A stretch of DNA of 64,000 nucleotides, taken from the NCBI RefSeq assembly GCF_009914755.1, contig NC_060928.1; one strand, given 5' to 3'. Source of the stretch: the human T2T-CHM13v2.0 reference genome, Homo sapiens. Under the pieces are notes generated by a model. That model was not told where the DNA came from and did no database searches. It was given only the letters and a program-made list of their open reading frames with translations. Both the position numbers and the translations under genes were made by a program. Of this stretch, positions 11,564-25,122 are shown piece by piece (within the stretch, counting starts at the first letter, position 1; each line of letters begins with the position of its first letter).

Positions 11564-12768
11564 GTAGTTTTGTAAGCCTCTATTGAGTACTTTCTTACAC
11601 CTCACAAAACTAGGGTGTTTTCTTACTCAACACAATTACTGTATGTTTTTTGCTTAGATATTATGCATCTTTTATCAGTAAGTTAATATACCTCTTTAAA
11701 AATGTCAAGACCCTTTGTTTTTCCTCACAGTTACAAATAAATTACTAATATAAGCAATTTTAGATATTACATACTTGTTAATATGGTACTTGTGATAATT
11801 TTAATAATTCATGTCCCAAATTGGAAAATGGTCATGGCTTAAGTATACACGTATGATTTTTATTGGCCAAGTAAGTGATAATGATTAGGAATCTTCATAC
11901 TGACCTGATTTTATAAGTTCAGTTTTGTGAAATACAGTAGACTTCTCTTGATCTATCCAGGACAAAGATAATATAAGTAGAACGTTTTGAATGAAACACA
12001 TAAACCTCTATTTAAAACTTGTATTTGTCTGTCATCTTCCCTATGCCACAGTATTTTAAAGGGGCCTTTGTCTTTTTACCTGATGCCTGCTTGATCCTGA
12101 ATTTATGTAAACTTTGGGGCCTGCGCTCAGCCTACAATTTTGTCAACAAAATGGCTGTGTCAGAATAAAGATAGTGGATATACATTTATGAAATGTACTT
12201 GCATACCTTAAGCTTTGCCAAAGATTAATTTTTATTATCATGACCTATCATATTTATTGAAAATGCATGTTATGATGTTTTGAAAAAAATATTGAAAGAG
12301 TAGTCTTAGAGATTTTAGAACATTGATATATAAAACTTTACCAAGCTTAGTTTTAAAAATAACTTGATATTTAACAAATAAATGAGTTATGAGGAATAGG
12401 GTAGATTTTATTACTTATTTTAGAAAATTTCAAATCTACACAAAAGTTTGAAAACCAGTACACTGAATATCCCTTCCAATTATCTGCAAATCCCTCTGTT
12501 AATCTATGAGCAGTCTGTGCTTTCTTGCGCTTAGTTGAATTGACTTTTGGTCCGAGTATCATTTGCATGGAATATGTGAAAGTCTAATAAAAGCCGTTTG
12601 TTCCTTTCTTGAAACTGAGTGAGAGGATTGGGGTGGGGGAGAAAATAATAAATATTTGTCAAGGAATATGAAAGTTGAGTGTCATTATATAACTAGAAAC
12701 ATAGGGGCTGATGTTTCATGAAAATGTGTGATAATCTATTGCTCACTTATTCTTTTGAACTGTTTCAG

Positions 12769-12911
12769 CCACAGTCAGTGAACACACAATGCTATTAGAA
12801 GGAACAGCTAACCGGCCTCCACCTGGTAGCTCTGGACCTGTAACTGGAGCTGAGATAATGAGGAAACTTTCTAAAACTCATACCCATAGTGACTCTGCAT
12901 TAAAAATAAAG
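12769..12911 (+). CDS. BLTP1: BLTP1 coding exon w10 (ATVSEHTM...ALKIK), 143 nt, phase 1-0
   Basis: gtttcag|CCACA ... TAAAG|gtatat; open frame. Confidence 0.9.
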
Positions 12912-13319
12912 GTATATTATTGCTCTTTTTGGTTAGAGTTATCCAGACTTACAGAGAAAACCTAAAATTTTATCTCAAATTTAAATGTTAGGTGTCCACC
13001 CTAAATATTCAGATAGCATTTTCGTGTTGAAATTAACTTGATTTGTAATTTCAGTGTAAATATTTCTTTGAAAATTGTATCATCAGTAACTGCTGTTGAT
13101 TAAGGACCACTATAACTACCAAGCCTTAGAGCTGTCTCCAGTTTATTGAATACTGTATTCCATAAAATCCCAAATTGAAAATGTTGATAATCTTATAATT
13201 ATCAGTTTTAATGAGAAGCCTTTTAGGCAGTGTGTGATCAATAGGTGGTTTGGGTTAGACTGTTTTATGATTTTAATTTTTTTGGTTTTATGAATTTAAT
13301 GGATGCTTGATAAGAGACA

Positions 13320-13540
13320 TATAGCAAAGTGGTTAGAGTACCACCTTGCAAGCCAGACTGCCTTGGTTTGAAACCTGCCCCGCCACTTAGTTGCTCTCTG
13401 ACTGAACAGGCTTTAACTGTACGTCAGTTTCCTTGGTGTAAGATGGAGATTATAATAGTAAACTTCTGAAGAGGGTTGTGAGAAATAATTGAGTTAATTC
13501 ATGAAAAATGCCTAGAGCAATATCTGACCCTTAATGAATC
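13320..13540 (+). mobile_element. MIR fragment (approximate bounds)
   Basis: agccagactgccttggtttgaaacc...tcagtttcc...gttgtgaga. Confidence 0.65.
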
Positions 13541-13647
13541 ATTTGTTGTTGGTTCTTTATTTTTTGCTAGTTATTGTTGTTGGTGGTTCTTTATTTTGTG
13601 CTAGTTTACTTTTGTGAGCACTGAAAAAGTTAAAATTTTAACTTTCT

Positions 13648-13934
13648 GGCCAGGCGCGGTGGTTCATGCCTATAATTCCAGCACTTTGGGAGGCCAAGGC
13701 GGGTGGATCACAAGGTCAGGAGTTCAAGACCAGCCTGGCCAAGATGGTGAAACCCCATTTCTACTAAAAATACAAAAATTAGCCGGGTGTGGTGGCAGGC
13801 GCCTGTAATCCCAGCTACTCGGGAGGCTGAGGCAGAGAACTGCTTGAACCTGGGAGGTGGAGGTTGCAGTGAGCCTAGATCCTGCCACTGCACTCCAGCC
13901 TGGGCGACAGAGCGAGACGCCATCTCAAAAAAAA
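13648..13934 (+). mobile_element. Full-length AluS with 16-bp TSD aaaattttaactttct
   Basis: ggccaggcgcggtgg...catctc-A tail; TSD at 13632-13647 and 13935-13950. Confidence 0.96.
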
Positions 13935-14050
13935 AAAATTTTAACTTTCTTTGAAAGTCTGTGTATAGACTCACATTGATACCCAGAATCTGTAAAATGA
14001 TAATTTTGACAATATTAAATAAAAATTTCTACACAGAACAAAGTAATATA

Positions 14051-14394
14051 TAGTCATGCATCACTTAATGACAGGGATGATGCATTCTGAGAAATGGATC
14101 ATTAGGCAATTTGTCATTGTGTAAACATCATAGCCTGTACTTACACAAACCTAGATGATGGTACAGCCTACTACACACCTAGACTATATGGGATAGATAG
14201 CCTGTTGCTCCTAGGCTACAAACCTGTACAGCATATTACTATCCTGAAACCAGTGGGCAATTGGAATGCAATGGTGTTTGTGTATTTCAACACAGAAAAG
14301 ATACAGTAAAAATATGATATTATAATCTTATGGGTTCACTGTTGTATACGTTGCCTGTAGTTCACTTAAACTGTAATTATGTGGCACATGACTG
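14051..14394. mobile_element. Tigger3a/MER7-type TcMar-Tigger MITE
   Basis: Terminal inverted (c/t)agtcatg...catgactg flanked by TA; internal tacttacacaaacctagatg...gcctactacacacctag. Confidence 0.8.
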
Positions 14395-14396
14395 TA

Positions 14397-15200
14397 TTGT
14401 AAACAGAACAGTAAGACACATGACAAAAGGCTAATTTTCTAAAATATAAAGATCTCATCCTTATCAGTAAGAAAAAAGCCAATACCAAATAGAAAAAATG
14501 GTTAAATGATATAAACAGGTAGTTCACAGAAAAATACATATACACATACAAAAATGTTTTCTTATAATTAAAGAAATGTAAATTAAAATGAGATTTCCAT
14601 TCTCACTTATCAGATTGAAAGACTAAAACTTTTGAATAGTGTACATTGTTGGTGAAGATGTAAGAAAACAGATACTCATACGGCATTGATGAGAATCAAA
14701 TTGGTGCAACCTCTTTGAATAACAATGTGGCAATATGTGTCAAAATTTAGAAGGTGATGCTCTTTTATCTAGTATTTCCATATTGAGGAATTCATTCTAG
14801 AGAAAGTCATAGATGTGCGAAGACATGATGAGTCTAAGAACGTTCTTTGCAGCACTATTTATAAAAGGAAAATAGTGGAAACAACACAAATGACTAATCA
14901 TTAGAGGACTAATAAACTAGCGTACACTGATATAGATGCATACTATGAAATCTTTTAGATGAAGTAGATCTGTAAGTGGATATGGAATGATCACCGAAGT
15001 ACACTGATAAAGTATAGGATGATATCTATTTGTGTGTTTAAAAACGGATAAATATGTATGTACTTATATAGGCCTAACTGATTTATGTAAAGATAGATAA
15101 GAAACAGTTAAGAGAGTCTCTGGGAAAGGGATCCAGTATATTGGAACACAGGACTTACTTTCTATTGAATAGTCTCTTGGGCTTTCAAAGTTTTTATTCT
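14397..15200 (+). mobile_element. Old L1M (L1ME-like) 3' region (approximate bounds)
   Basis: acatgacaaaagggctaat...aaattggtgcaacctctttg...atgtggcaata resembles a decayed ORF2 3' end/3'UTR. Confidence 0.6.
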
Positions 15201-16214
15201 GTGTAAGTATGGCTCTTTTAGTTAAAACATTCAATGATAGTTTGATATACTTTAAAAAGAAGACTGAACTATTGAGCTTATTGTTTCCACAGTATAGTTA
15301 GACGCTTGGGACACTTTAATCTGTCTTAGCTTTTTTTCCTGATGGACAGTTTTTTCAACCTTCTGAATCATATTTAGGTGTTTTCCTGTTAAAGCTGTTC
15401 ATTTTCAGAATTGTTTTGAACATTCTTTTGCTATGGGTTATTAAAGTCCTCTAAAAATGTGAAATTCCAAATGCTTAGTTTCCGATCTTTGCTTTTCAAG
15501 ATCTTTTTTGCCTGTGTAGTCTTTTTTTGTACTGTATTTTAAATTGATCGGCCATTCTAATCATAGATGTGACAGAAGATAGAAATCGAAAAATTCTGTA
15601 ATTTTTAATTTTTTTTCATTAATTGTGGAAAGTCTTTTTGGCATTTCAGAGCTCTCCAGAGAATTAAATCTTAACACACCTTGATTATTAGAGTAGTAGG
15701 AAGGATAATTTAGTGTTAAGAATTTGAAGGTAGAAGTTAGGTAGATGGGTTAAAAATCTGGCTTTTTCCTTAGTAAGTATGTAAGGGACTTTTCTTCATC
15801 CTTTAGGACAGAATATCTTACCTTGGAGAACTTAAGGATTAAATAAGCTAATACATGAAACATGCTTATCAAGTGTTTAATACGTTGTGAGTGTTCTTTT
15901 ACTTCCTGTGTCAACACCCTTCCTCCACCTTTCCTCATCTAAGTGAGGATGACTGGGAGGGCATTGAAAAGGGAATAAGCTTTTCTGCTTTTCAGAGGAG
16001 GTTAAGACATTTAAGGGCTTCACAGCACTGGTATCCATTGCGTCAACATTTCTTGCTATTAGCAAAAAGCCTCTAGTTTCCTTCCAGGTAGATGTCTATT
16101 CTGACTCCCGTAAAAAAATGCAGGGAAGGTTGCTGAAGATAGATAGCTTTTCTTTCTTTAGTTTCTTTGAGTACCTAGACTTACTTTTGATGGGATCAGT
16201 CATGTTACAGATCC

Positions 16215-16216
<2 letters not shown>

Positions 16217-16264
<48 letters not shown>
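16217..16264 (+). repeat. (TG)24 microsatellite
   Basis: 48-nt perfect TG run. Confidence 0.98.
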
Positions 16265-16268
<4 letters not shown>

Positions 16269-16841
16269 GTAAGTTTTTCTAGGGAATATTTTGTGTAAGG
16301 GATATTGTGTCTAGGTATCAGTTTGCTGGTTCAGTAAATAAGCAGTGATATAAATATTTCAGGCTACTGTTTTTCTTTGCTACCCATATGAATGTTCTCT
16401 GGCACTTCCACAAACATGCTATGTATAACTTTCTGAAGTTTCAATATACTATTTACTGCTCCTTAGGTATGAATAGTGCTTCATTTCCACCATCTATTTG
16501 ATATACGGTGCTATGTGGTTTTATGTCTTGTCACCAGATTCCCTCATCAGATTAAGAAGGGAATTAAAGATCCATGGTTAAAATAAGTGGATGTGCTTCA
16601 TTATAATATTGATAATAAAAGTGGCTCTTTGTCTTGTACTATAGAGTTGCAAAACATTTTTACCTACATTTAAGGACGTATGTAAAAAGGATTCACCACA
16701 ATCCTAGTATACATGATCAGTTTTGGTATTAATGTGCAAAGTAGCTAGCAGTTATAGCAACAGTAATAGTAATAGTGGTTGTAGTTATCAGCTGTCATTT
16801 TTATATACATAAGAAATAACCCTAAGTTACACTTTCTGTAG

Positions 16842-17061
16842 GGCATTCACCCATATCATTCTCTGAGCTATACCAGTGGAGACACTGCCACTGATTCTCC
16901 AGTGCATGTTGGACGTGCTGGGATGCCAGTAAAGGACAGTCCAAGGAAGGAGAGCCTACTCAGCTACCTGACTGGAAGCTTCCCAAGCCTGCACAACCTC
17001 CTGGAAGGTACTCCTCAGAGAAGCAGTGCTGCTGTGAAAAGTAGCTCCCTAACGAGAACAG
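16842..17061 (+). CDS. BLTP1: BLTP1 coding exon w11 (GIHPYHSL...SLTRT), 220 nt, phase 0-1
   Basis: tctgtag|GGCATT ... ACAG|gtacgt; ORF 16902..17117. Confidence 0.92.
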
Positions 17062-17519
17062 GTACGTCCTCTAGATTTGATAATTACATGTTTATATTTA
17101 CGGGGGAATTGAGATGAAACAGGACTTAAGTTTAGTTAGATATATACTTTGGTAGTACAACTAATCTCTCATACCTTATCTTTGAGAAAAAATTTTAGGA
17201 ATCCATTGTTCTGTTTGTAACTTTTCGGAGTCTTCATGCCCTTAGTTTGCATTTTTAAATTGCAGCTCTGACGAATGTCAATGTAGGCATTTGGTGTGGG
17301 GTACTGTCTAGACCAGCAACATAGAATTTCCCCTGTTATAATAAAAATAAGCTATTTATTAATGCATTAATATCCAAATACCAACATTATGCAGTGAGAA
17401 TTCAAAACCATCTGCAAACATACATTTTAACTTGATTCTTCAAATATAGGTATATAAATTACATTTTTTTGCTCCTTAGTATATAAATAATATTATACTC
17501 AGAAACATTTTATTTTCAG

Positions 17520-17678
17520 GAAATACAGTAGCCACTGATATGTTATCTGAACATCCCTTGCTATCTGAGCCATCATCTGTGAGTTTCTATAATTGGATGT
17601 CAAATGCTGTGGGTAATCGAGGAAGTGTGTTACAAGAATCTCCTGTTACAAAATCAGGACACAATAGTCTTCCCACAG
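17520..17678 (+). CDS. BLTP1: BLTP1 coding exon w12 (GNTVATDM...NSLPT), 159 nt, phase 1-1
   Basis: ttttcag|GAAAT ... ACAG|gtattg; open frame. Confidence 0.92.
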
Positions 17679-18329
17679 GTATTGAGTTATCACATTATTT
17701 TGCTTAACTGTCTTAAGGGGAACATATACCAAAATCTTATTTTTCAGGGAATGGGTTAAAAATCAAACAAGTACTGTTTGGTTGAAATTGGTCCATTTAT
17801 ATTTTTAAATGCCTTTGATAATATTGTAATTGAGAGAGTAGTAAGCAGTCACTCAGTGTTCTTGTTGAAAGGCAAATATGTCAAATGTGAGATTGTATAT
17901 AAAGAGTTTAAAGCTTCCTTTTAATGTGGCTGGTTTAAGTGGTAAATGAAAAAATGCAAAGTGTAATTACAACATCATATACTTGATATTACAAAAGATA
18001 GTTTTAATTTATCTAGATCCCTCTGAGACCTAATAACTATCATTCTAAACCTTTAGTTACTTAACAAATATTTAATTAAATCTAAAACAGTATGTATGTA
18101 TAAGGATAGATAAGGATGACATGTGTTCTGAAAAGTTAATTTCATTTTTCACTAATAAATCATGTCTGTAAAATAACCTAAAAGTATGCATTATTTTTTT
18201 TCTTTTCAATTTAATCAGTCTTGAAATGGTACTACTATACAGGCTTCAAAAGTTTACCCTGCTGTACACTTTTATGTGTTTCTATTCCCCAATAATTTAC
18301 ATTTTATTCTTAAAAATTTACTCCATTAG

Positions 18330-18505
18330 GTGTTGCACCCAATCTTCCAACAATACCCTCAGCCTCAGATTTCAACACTGTCTTGTCTAGTGACCAAAAT
18401 ACTTTGGATGGGACACATTCTCAGCATAGCACCAGTCAGGATGATGTGGCAGGTGTAGAAGAAGCAAACCAAGGGTTTCCTGCTGTTCAGCTTGCTGATG
18501 CACAG
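18330..18505 (+). CDS. BLTP1: BLTP1 coding exon w13 (GVAPNLPT...LADAQ), 176 nt, phase 1-0
   Basis: ccattag|GTGTT ... CACAG|gtgagc; open frame. Confidence 0.92.
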
Positions 18506-19196
18506 GTGAGCCAGCCTGCTTTTTCCTAATTATAATAATACCTCCTTAGGCATTGCTTAGCAACTGGAACCTCCAATAGTACGCACCTTGGAATTCTAGT
18601 GAGGATATACCTTACCTATCTGCCTACAGCCTTCATGCAAAACAGGAGGAGCCTTTAAAAAGTACATGGCTTAGTTATAAATGCAAATTAATTATCTATA
18701 TGTAATCATTAAATAGAAGAGTCTCATATAGTAACCTTTTTGTTATTCGTAACAAATTGGCTAAGCAACATGAATAGATAATCATACCCTATGGTTTTTA
18801 GTGCTACGTTAAGACTTTATTGAGCGAGCAGTGGGGAAGCATTGATGATTTTAGAGCAGAGGAATAAAGTAAAAAACTATAGATGTAGAAATATTATATG
18901 AGTAGCAAATGTATTAAATTGATTGAAATAGAGAAACTAGTGTTGAAAAGATGAATTATTGAAATAGTTCACCCAGTGGTAATGAGACTCTAGGCTTAGA
19001 TGTTTATGGCTTTGAAAAGGTAAATGAGGATATGGTGAAAGTCTTATTTAATTGCTTAAATATGGCGAATAAAGAGTGAAACCCTTTAAAACATACTCTT
19101 TGGTTTGAACAGCCAGCAGGCAAGTGTGAGAGTGGGACGTGGGTGAGAGGAGGCATCATTTTTTCAGGATAAAGGTGTCTTGAGCATATTTACATA

Positions 19197-19550
19197 CAGC
19201 TCTCCCTCAGTATTCAAGGGATTGGTTGCAGGACCAACCCCCTACCCACCCTCTGATCCGCCACCCAGGATACCAAAATCTGTGGTATGCCCAAGTCCCT
19301 TATATAGAATGGCATATATTTGCATACAACATACATACATCCTTCTGTATACTTTAAATCTTTTCTAGATTACTTATAATACCTAATGCAATGTAAATGC
19401 TACGTCAATAATTGTTACACTGTATTGGGTTTTTATTTGTATTTTTTAATTGTTACATTGTTATATTTTATTGGTTTTTACTCCCTAATATTTTCAATGT
19501 GGTTGGTTGAGTCCTTGGATGCAGAACCCTTGGATATGGAGGGCCAACTG
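19197..19550. mobile_element. MER2 (TcMar-Tigger) DNA transposon
   Basis: TA-cag...ggattggttgcaggacc...ggataccaaaatc...caagtcccttatat...ggagggccaactg-TA. Confidence 0.85.
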
Positions 19551-19765
19551 TACTTGAGAAATTAGGAAGCTAATGATCAAAAATAAAGGAAAGAACGGTT
19601 AGCAGATGGAGCAAAATCAGTAGAAAAATGAGAAGTATTGGAATTTAGAGTCAGTTAAAGAGAGAGCTGTCTTCCCAAGCACACACAAAAAAATGAGGTG
19701 ACCTAGGACAATCGGAAATACAGGCTTGGCTCTCATTGTGTAAATGGCACTTGTCCATTTAGATA

Positions 19766-20071
<306 letters not shown>

Positions 20072-20860
20072 TAGATAGGGTTTTTTTAAGCTTCAGGAAA
20101 AGATCACTAAGGTAGAATGTGTAGTGAAAGAGGAGGCTGAGAAAAGCACTGGATAGCACCTATATTTAGAATGTAGAAGGGGGAAAAGGAACCATGTGGC
20201 AGAGGATGAGTAGTCAGAGTGATTTTAGTGCTCTAGCATTGAACACATGTAGTTCTTTCTGTTCAGGTTAGTGCTGTGTCTGAAATTCAGTTAACTAGAG
20301 ATTTAACCAGAATAATGTATCTCCATAAGCATGTATGATACTTAAAATGTAAAGGAAGTTCTCTGAAGATAAATGTTAAATGACTATTACAACCAAGTGC
20401 TTCCATTTAAAAATAGGTCAGATATTCATAACATTTATAATGTTTTTATATTAACACAGGAAGTTGAAAAGTCAACTTTGTGAATGTAATATATGTTTTT
20501 TTTTGTAAATGGAAACACAATAGGAATTCATACCTGTTTTAAAAGCAAGAGGTAGAATGATTTAACTAATTCATAATTTTATTTTCCTTGTACTTTCAGA
20601 CACTTAGGTAGGGTCAAGGAATCTGTGTCCTTATTTATTATTATTAATTTGAAGATGAGTGGCCTATAATAGGTACTAAAAATATTAAATTTTAAGTAAA
20701 GTTAGAGTCAATTATATGAGACCATTTTTGCTTCACACTATGATAATAATAATATGTACTGAGGTAGGGTAAGAAATAAAAGCTGCATTTTCCTACATGT
20801 AATTTCTACAGTAAATGATAAGCTGTAAGTTGAGCTAATATGAATGTTTATGTCTTTTAG

Positions 20861-21036
20861 GTTGTTTTCAAGCCTCTTCTGAGTCATACAGGGATCCAGT
20901 CACAGGATACAATGCCATTCTGCTACCGAATGTACTTTGGAGAACACCTTTCATTTTCAGGGACTTTGGACTGCCTCAGAGCAGATATTGTGGATTCAGA
21001 CACAGCCAAAGAGAGAAAAGGCAAAAGAGCAAGAAG
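20861..21036 (+). CDS. BLTP1: BLTP1 coding exon w14 (VVFKPLLS...KGKRARR), 176 nt, phase 0-2
   Basis: cttttag|GTTGTT ... AGAAG|gtgtct; open frame. Confidence 0.9.
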
Positions 21037-21080
21037 GTGTCTTTTGCATTTTTGTGTATAATTTTGTGCAAGAATTATAA

Positions 21081-21463
<383 letters not shown>

Positions 21464-22127
21464 AAGAAAGTAATTTTAATATGTTAATCAGAAGATAATT
21501 ACCTTTTAGTAAAAGTAGTAGCCACATTTTCTTATTAATAACTAGTTGCATTTATGAACAGATTATGAGGCCTATTTTTAGGCATATTTTTGAACCACGT
21601 TAGCACATAGATGAGGGTCATATATATTGATATATGCACTCACCATTTATTTACTTGGCTCTTGTAATAGTGGAATTTTTATGATCTTAAGGGTTCTGGG
21701 TTGACGTGTCAGGTAGTATTTTGTATTAGAAATAGGGCAGAAGTCATATTGAGAGTCTAGCCATCAGAAACAAATAGAAATGTAGCATGGTAAAAGTTAA
21801 GAACCATCTTTTGCTGTTATTTTATATTGTCATGGATGGTTCTTCAGTTTCTTTAGTGTTTAATAGGAAATAATATACCCACTAACAGGATTTGAGTAAT
21901 ATTTTGGGAACTTGGGATTTTATTTTCAGTGGGACTTAAATCGATAGAAATAGTAGAATATGGAGATAAATGGCATTTATGACAAGAGGTTTCTGTAGTA
22001 TTGTTTCTTTCATCCTTTTTGTGTTTTTGCAAGGTGGTAAATTAAAATACTTGTGTCTGATATATAGCTAAGTAAAATATATTTTTCATTTGAAATATTT
22101 CTATTTAAATTTTAAATAATTTAACAA

Positions 22128-23155
22128 AAGTTCTTGCTTTTCACAATAGTCTTATACCATAACAATGACCGTACAAGCTGAAACTACAAGGCAATTTTAA
22201 TAATCGGTGAAAAAAATTACTTTTGTGACATTGACAGTATTTGTAAAAACATTAAAAATGTTCTTACTATTTATTATAAATGTATAGGGAAATAAAAAAA
22301 AGTAAAACTAATATTTAGTACATTGGAATTTAAAATGTTAGAAACACTGAGAATTAGACTATTTTATTTCTTTTTAAAAACTTATCAAAGAGTAGTTTGA
22401 ATGGTCCTGTCCTTATGATATAACATATAATACAGAACAAGGAGCTTTTGTGTGCCTTGGTAAAATGTCGAACTCCTTTGTATGTATGGATCAGTTTTCA
22501 GCATTTTATCCTTTGCACTTTCAATGTCATGAAATAATCTTTGATTCCCTTTACTATGAAGTTTTTTGTCAGCATCACTTCCTCTGGGATATCTTCATCC
22601 TTTCTGTCGTGGCCACTTTCCTCTTTATGTCAATAATTTTGCCTCCACTGAGTTTTTCTGGCTAGATATTAAGAGTGTCTCAAACAGTGGAAGTATCAAC
22701 ATTTCCATGGTCAGCTGTTTCTTCTATAACACCGTTCAATTGATCTTCCCTACCAATATCTTCATTTTTAGTTTCTTTGCTGCATTTTCATCTTTGTTGT
22801 CCAATTCCCTCATTTGATTATTCATTTTTGTAAAATGTTATGGGGATTTATTACAGAGAGAGAAACAAGGAGGCAACACAAGTAACTACATATTGTGCTT
22901 TCTGTGCATGAAGTGAACAATAGGTATGCTTCAACTAATCACTATCACTGACACATTTTGAAGTGATGTGACTAGTCAATGATCACAGTGCTCATCTGTT
23001 GTTTTGTACTGACTTGTGGGCTGAAGAGCTAGCAGTAAGTTTGTGCTTTATGCAGTTTTCACAGTAAGTCTTTGTTACAAATTTGTATCGCCTTATTGGG
23101 AGACTTGTTATTTAAGTAAACCACAGTAACTGAAATTTTAAAATATTGGAACCAT
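22128..23155 (-). mobile_element. Decayed TcMar-Tigger-type DNA transposon (Tigger6-like; approximate bounds)
   Basis: aatgaccgtacaagctgaaac at the left end and accacagtaactgaaattt at the right end; acidic transposase-like remnant on the minus strand. Confidence 0.6.
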
Positions 23156-23254
23156 CAAATCCAGACCCAAAACATTAATACCTACACATACTCTCTAGGG
23201 TTAAAATATCTGAGCTAAATTTATATTTAAATTTGCAAGAGACAGCTTTCATAC

Positions 23255-23410
23255 AAATATATCCATTTATATATAAATATGTTTATATGTATACATACAG
23301 TCTATGTTTTCATATATATAACTAGGTTATATATAATTCAATTATATATAATTTATATGTAATAGGCTGTATATAGAGATATAGATTATATAAATAAAAT
23401 TATAGCTGTA
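23255..23410. repeat. AT-rich, (TA)n-like low-complexity tract
   Basis: Dense imperfect TATA repeats. Confidence 0.7.
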
Positions 23411-25122
23411 GCCTATTTATTGGCCTAGTAAAAACCATATAATACTACAACAGACTAGACCTTCATTTGAGCACACAAGTAAGTCTGTTTTGAGTGAGAG
23501 CTTCTTTGAGTGATTCTGTGAACTTCATTGCGTTTGGTCTAGCTGAACTTGACATTCCTTTTAATTTTTCTACTAACGCGCCAGCTCCGATGCTCCACAT
23601 TCTTACAACTAACTCATGATCAGCTTTTATTTCTCAGATCTCCTGTAATTCCATCTTAAGCTCTTATTTATTTGGAGACCTTCACCGCAATATACTTTTC
23701 CCAGCCATTAATTTCAGTATTGTCTGGGTTTTTTGTTTGTTTTTGTAGCAGATTGTTCATTCTGCTGATTGTTGTATATTAGTTTGGGGTTACAGTTTCT
23801 TGTATGAATATGTATAACTCTCCTACTACTTTGTAAAGCCAGGGCAGTTACTAAACATTTAGCATTGAGTCTGGCATGTAGTAAGTCCTCATACATGATA
23901 GTTTCTTTGTCTCTTTGCTGTCTCTAGTAAAAGTAGCTGCACGTATCAGGGACTTATATTTTAAAATTTTAATTGTAACTTTGGCTCTGCAGTGCCCATG
24001 TCAGGCTTTTACTTGTCAGGCAAATTGTTATGGTATACCATTTTCTTTTTCTCCTTTATTTGAATCTCCCCTCTTTAAGATTTTCTTACTACCCTTACAT
24101 GTTTTAGATTCTTGTTTTTGCAATTGTGGATTATTTTCATCTCTTTTTAGTCTTCTCCTGTCTGTTCTAATTCTCAAAATCAAGTTTTTCCATCTCTGAC
24201 CATATGCTTAGTTGGCATTGATTGTACACTTCCTGTGAGTTTATGCATTTACATAAATTACACTACAATGGGGCATTTTTCTTATTAATTAAGAAATACT
24301 AGTATTCATTAAGGAATTATTGCTCTGTAGTTATAAATTCTTTAAGTTAAATGCAAAATATCAAAGCAGCTTCTGATTTTTTTCTTTTTGTTACAGAAAA
24401 AACTCCCATGTCTGCACATTCATAGTGTGCATGGAAGAAGAGGGAAAAATACCTTTTTACAGTTTTGGTGCTTGGGGCTTATTGTTATTATTGGTAGCTG
24501 GTTTATAGAAATTTGAGATATTTTTGACTTTCTATATTAAAATTTACTATAATAGTCTTACATGAAAATCTTTAGATAAGCAGGAGGATTTGCCAAAATA
24601 ATTTTTTTATCAGATTTTAAGGTTTTGTGTGTATTTCTAATTTTTGTTTCAATTGCTTTTCCTGTCTGCTTTCAACTTAGCATGAGGGCTTCCTATCTAA
24701 TATCAAATAAAATTATGTTAAATATGAATATATTAGATACAGATTGTAGGAGGGGGGGATGGTTAAGTGAGGTATCCTAATTGATCTATACTTAACTCTA
24801 AATTCCAATACTCTACGGCAATACCATCAAATGACAGTAAAAGTTGTGTTATCACTTCAGTGAAATCATTTCTTAACATAAGAAGACTGATTTTGACTTA
24901 CTAGTTTTAGAATAAGATTAAGTAAGAAGACTTAAAGGCCCACCTTTGAACTCATAAAAAGCCTGGCCTAGTGAAAAAGCATATTTTACTGGTTTGCTTG
25001 CTTAAAATTATTTAAGACTCATATTTTACCTTGGAGATGATTTTGCCTATAAATTAATAAAGATGTATGTTTCTGGAAAAATGGAAGAAAAACCGTGTCC
25101 TTTTTTTATTTCACGTTTTTAG

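Noticed and set aside
24375-24510. Strong orphan acceptor (tttttctttttgttacag|, ends 24396) with a nearby TGCATG
   Set aside because: No convincing phase-compatible donor occurs before the in-frame TAG.
24771-24780. gtatcct resembling a U12 donor (also gtatcca at 16031)
   Set aside because: It does not complete the RTATCCTT consensus and has no adjoining exon.
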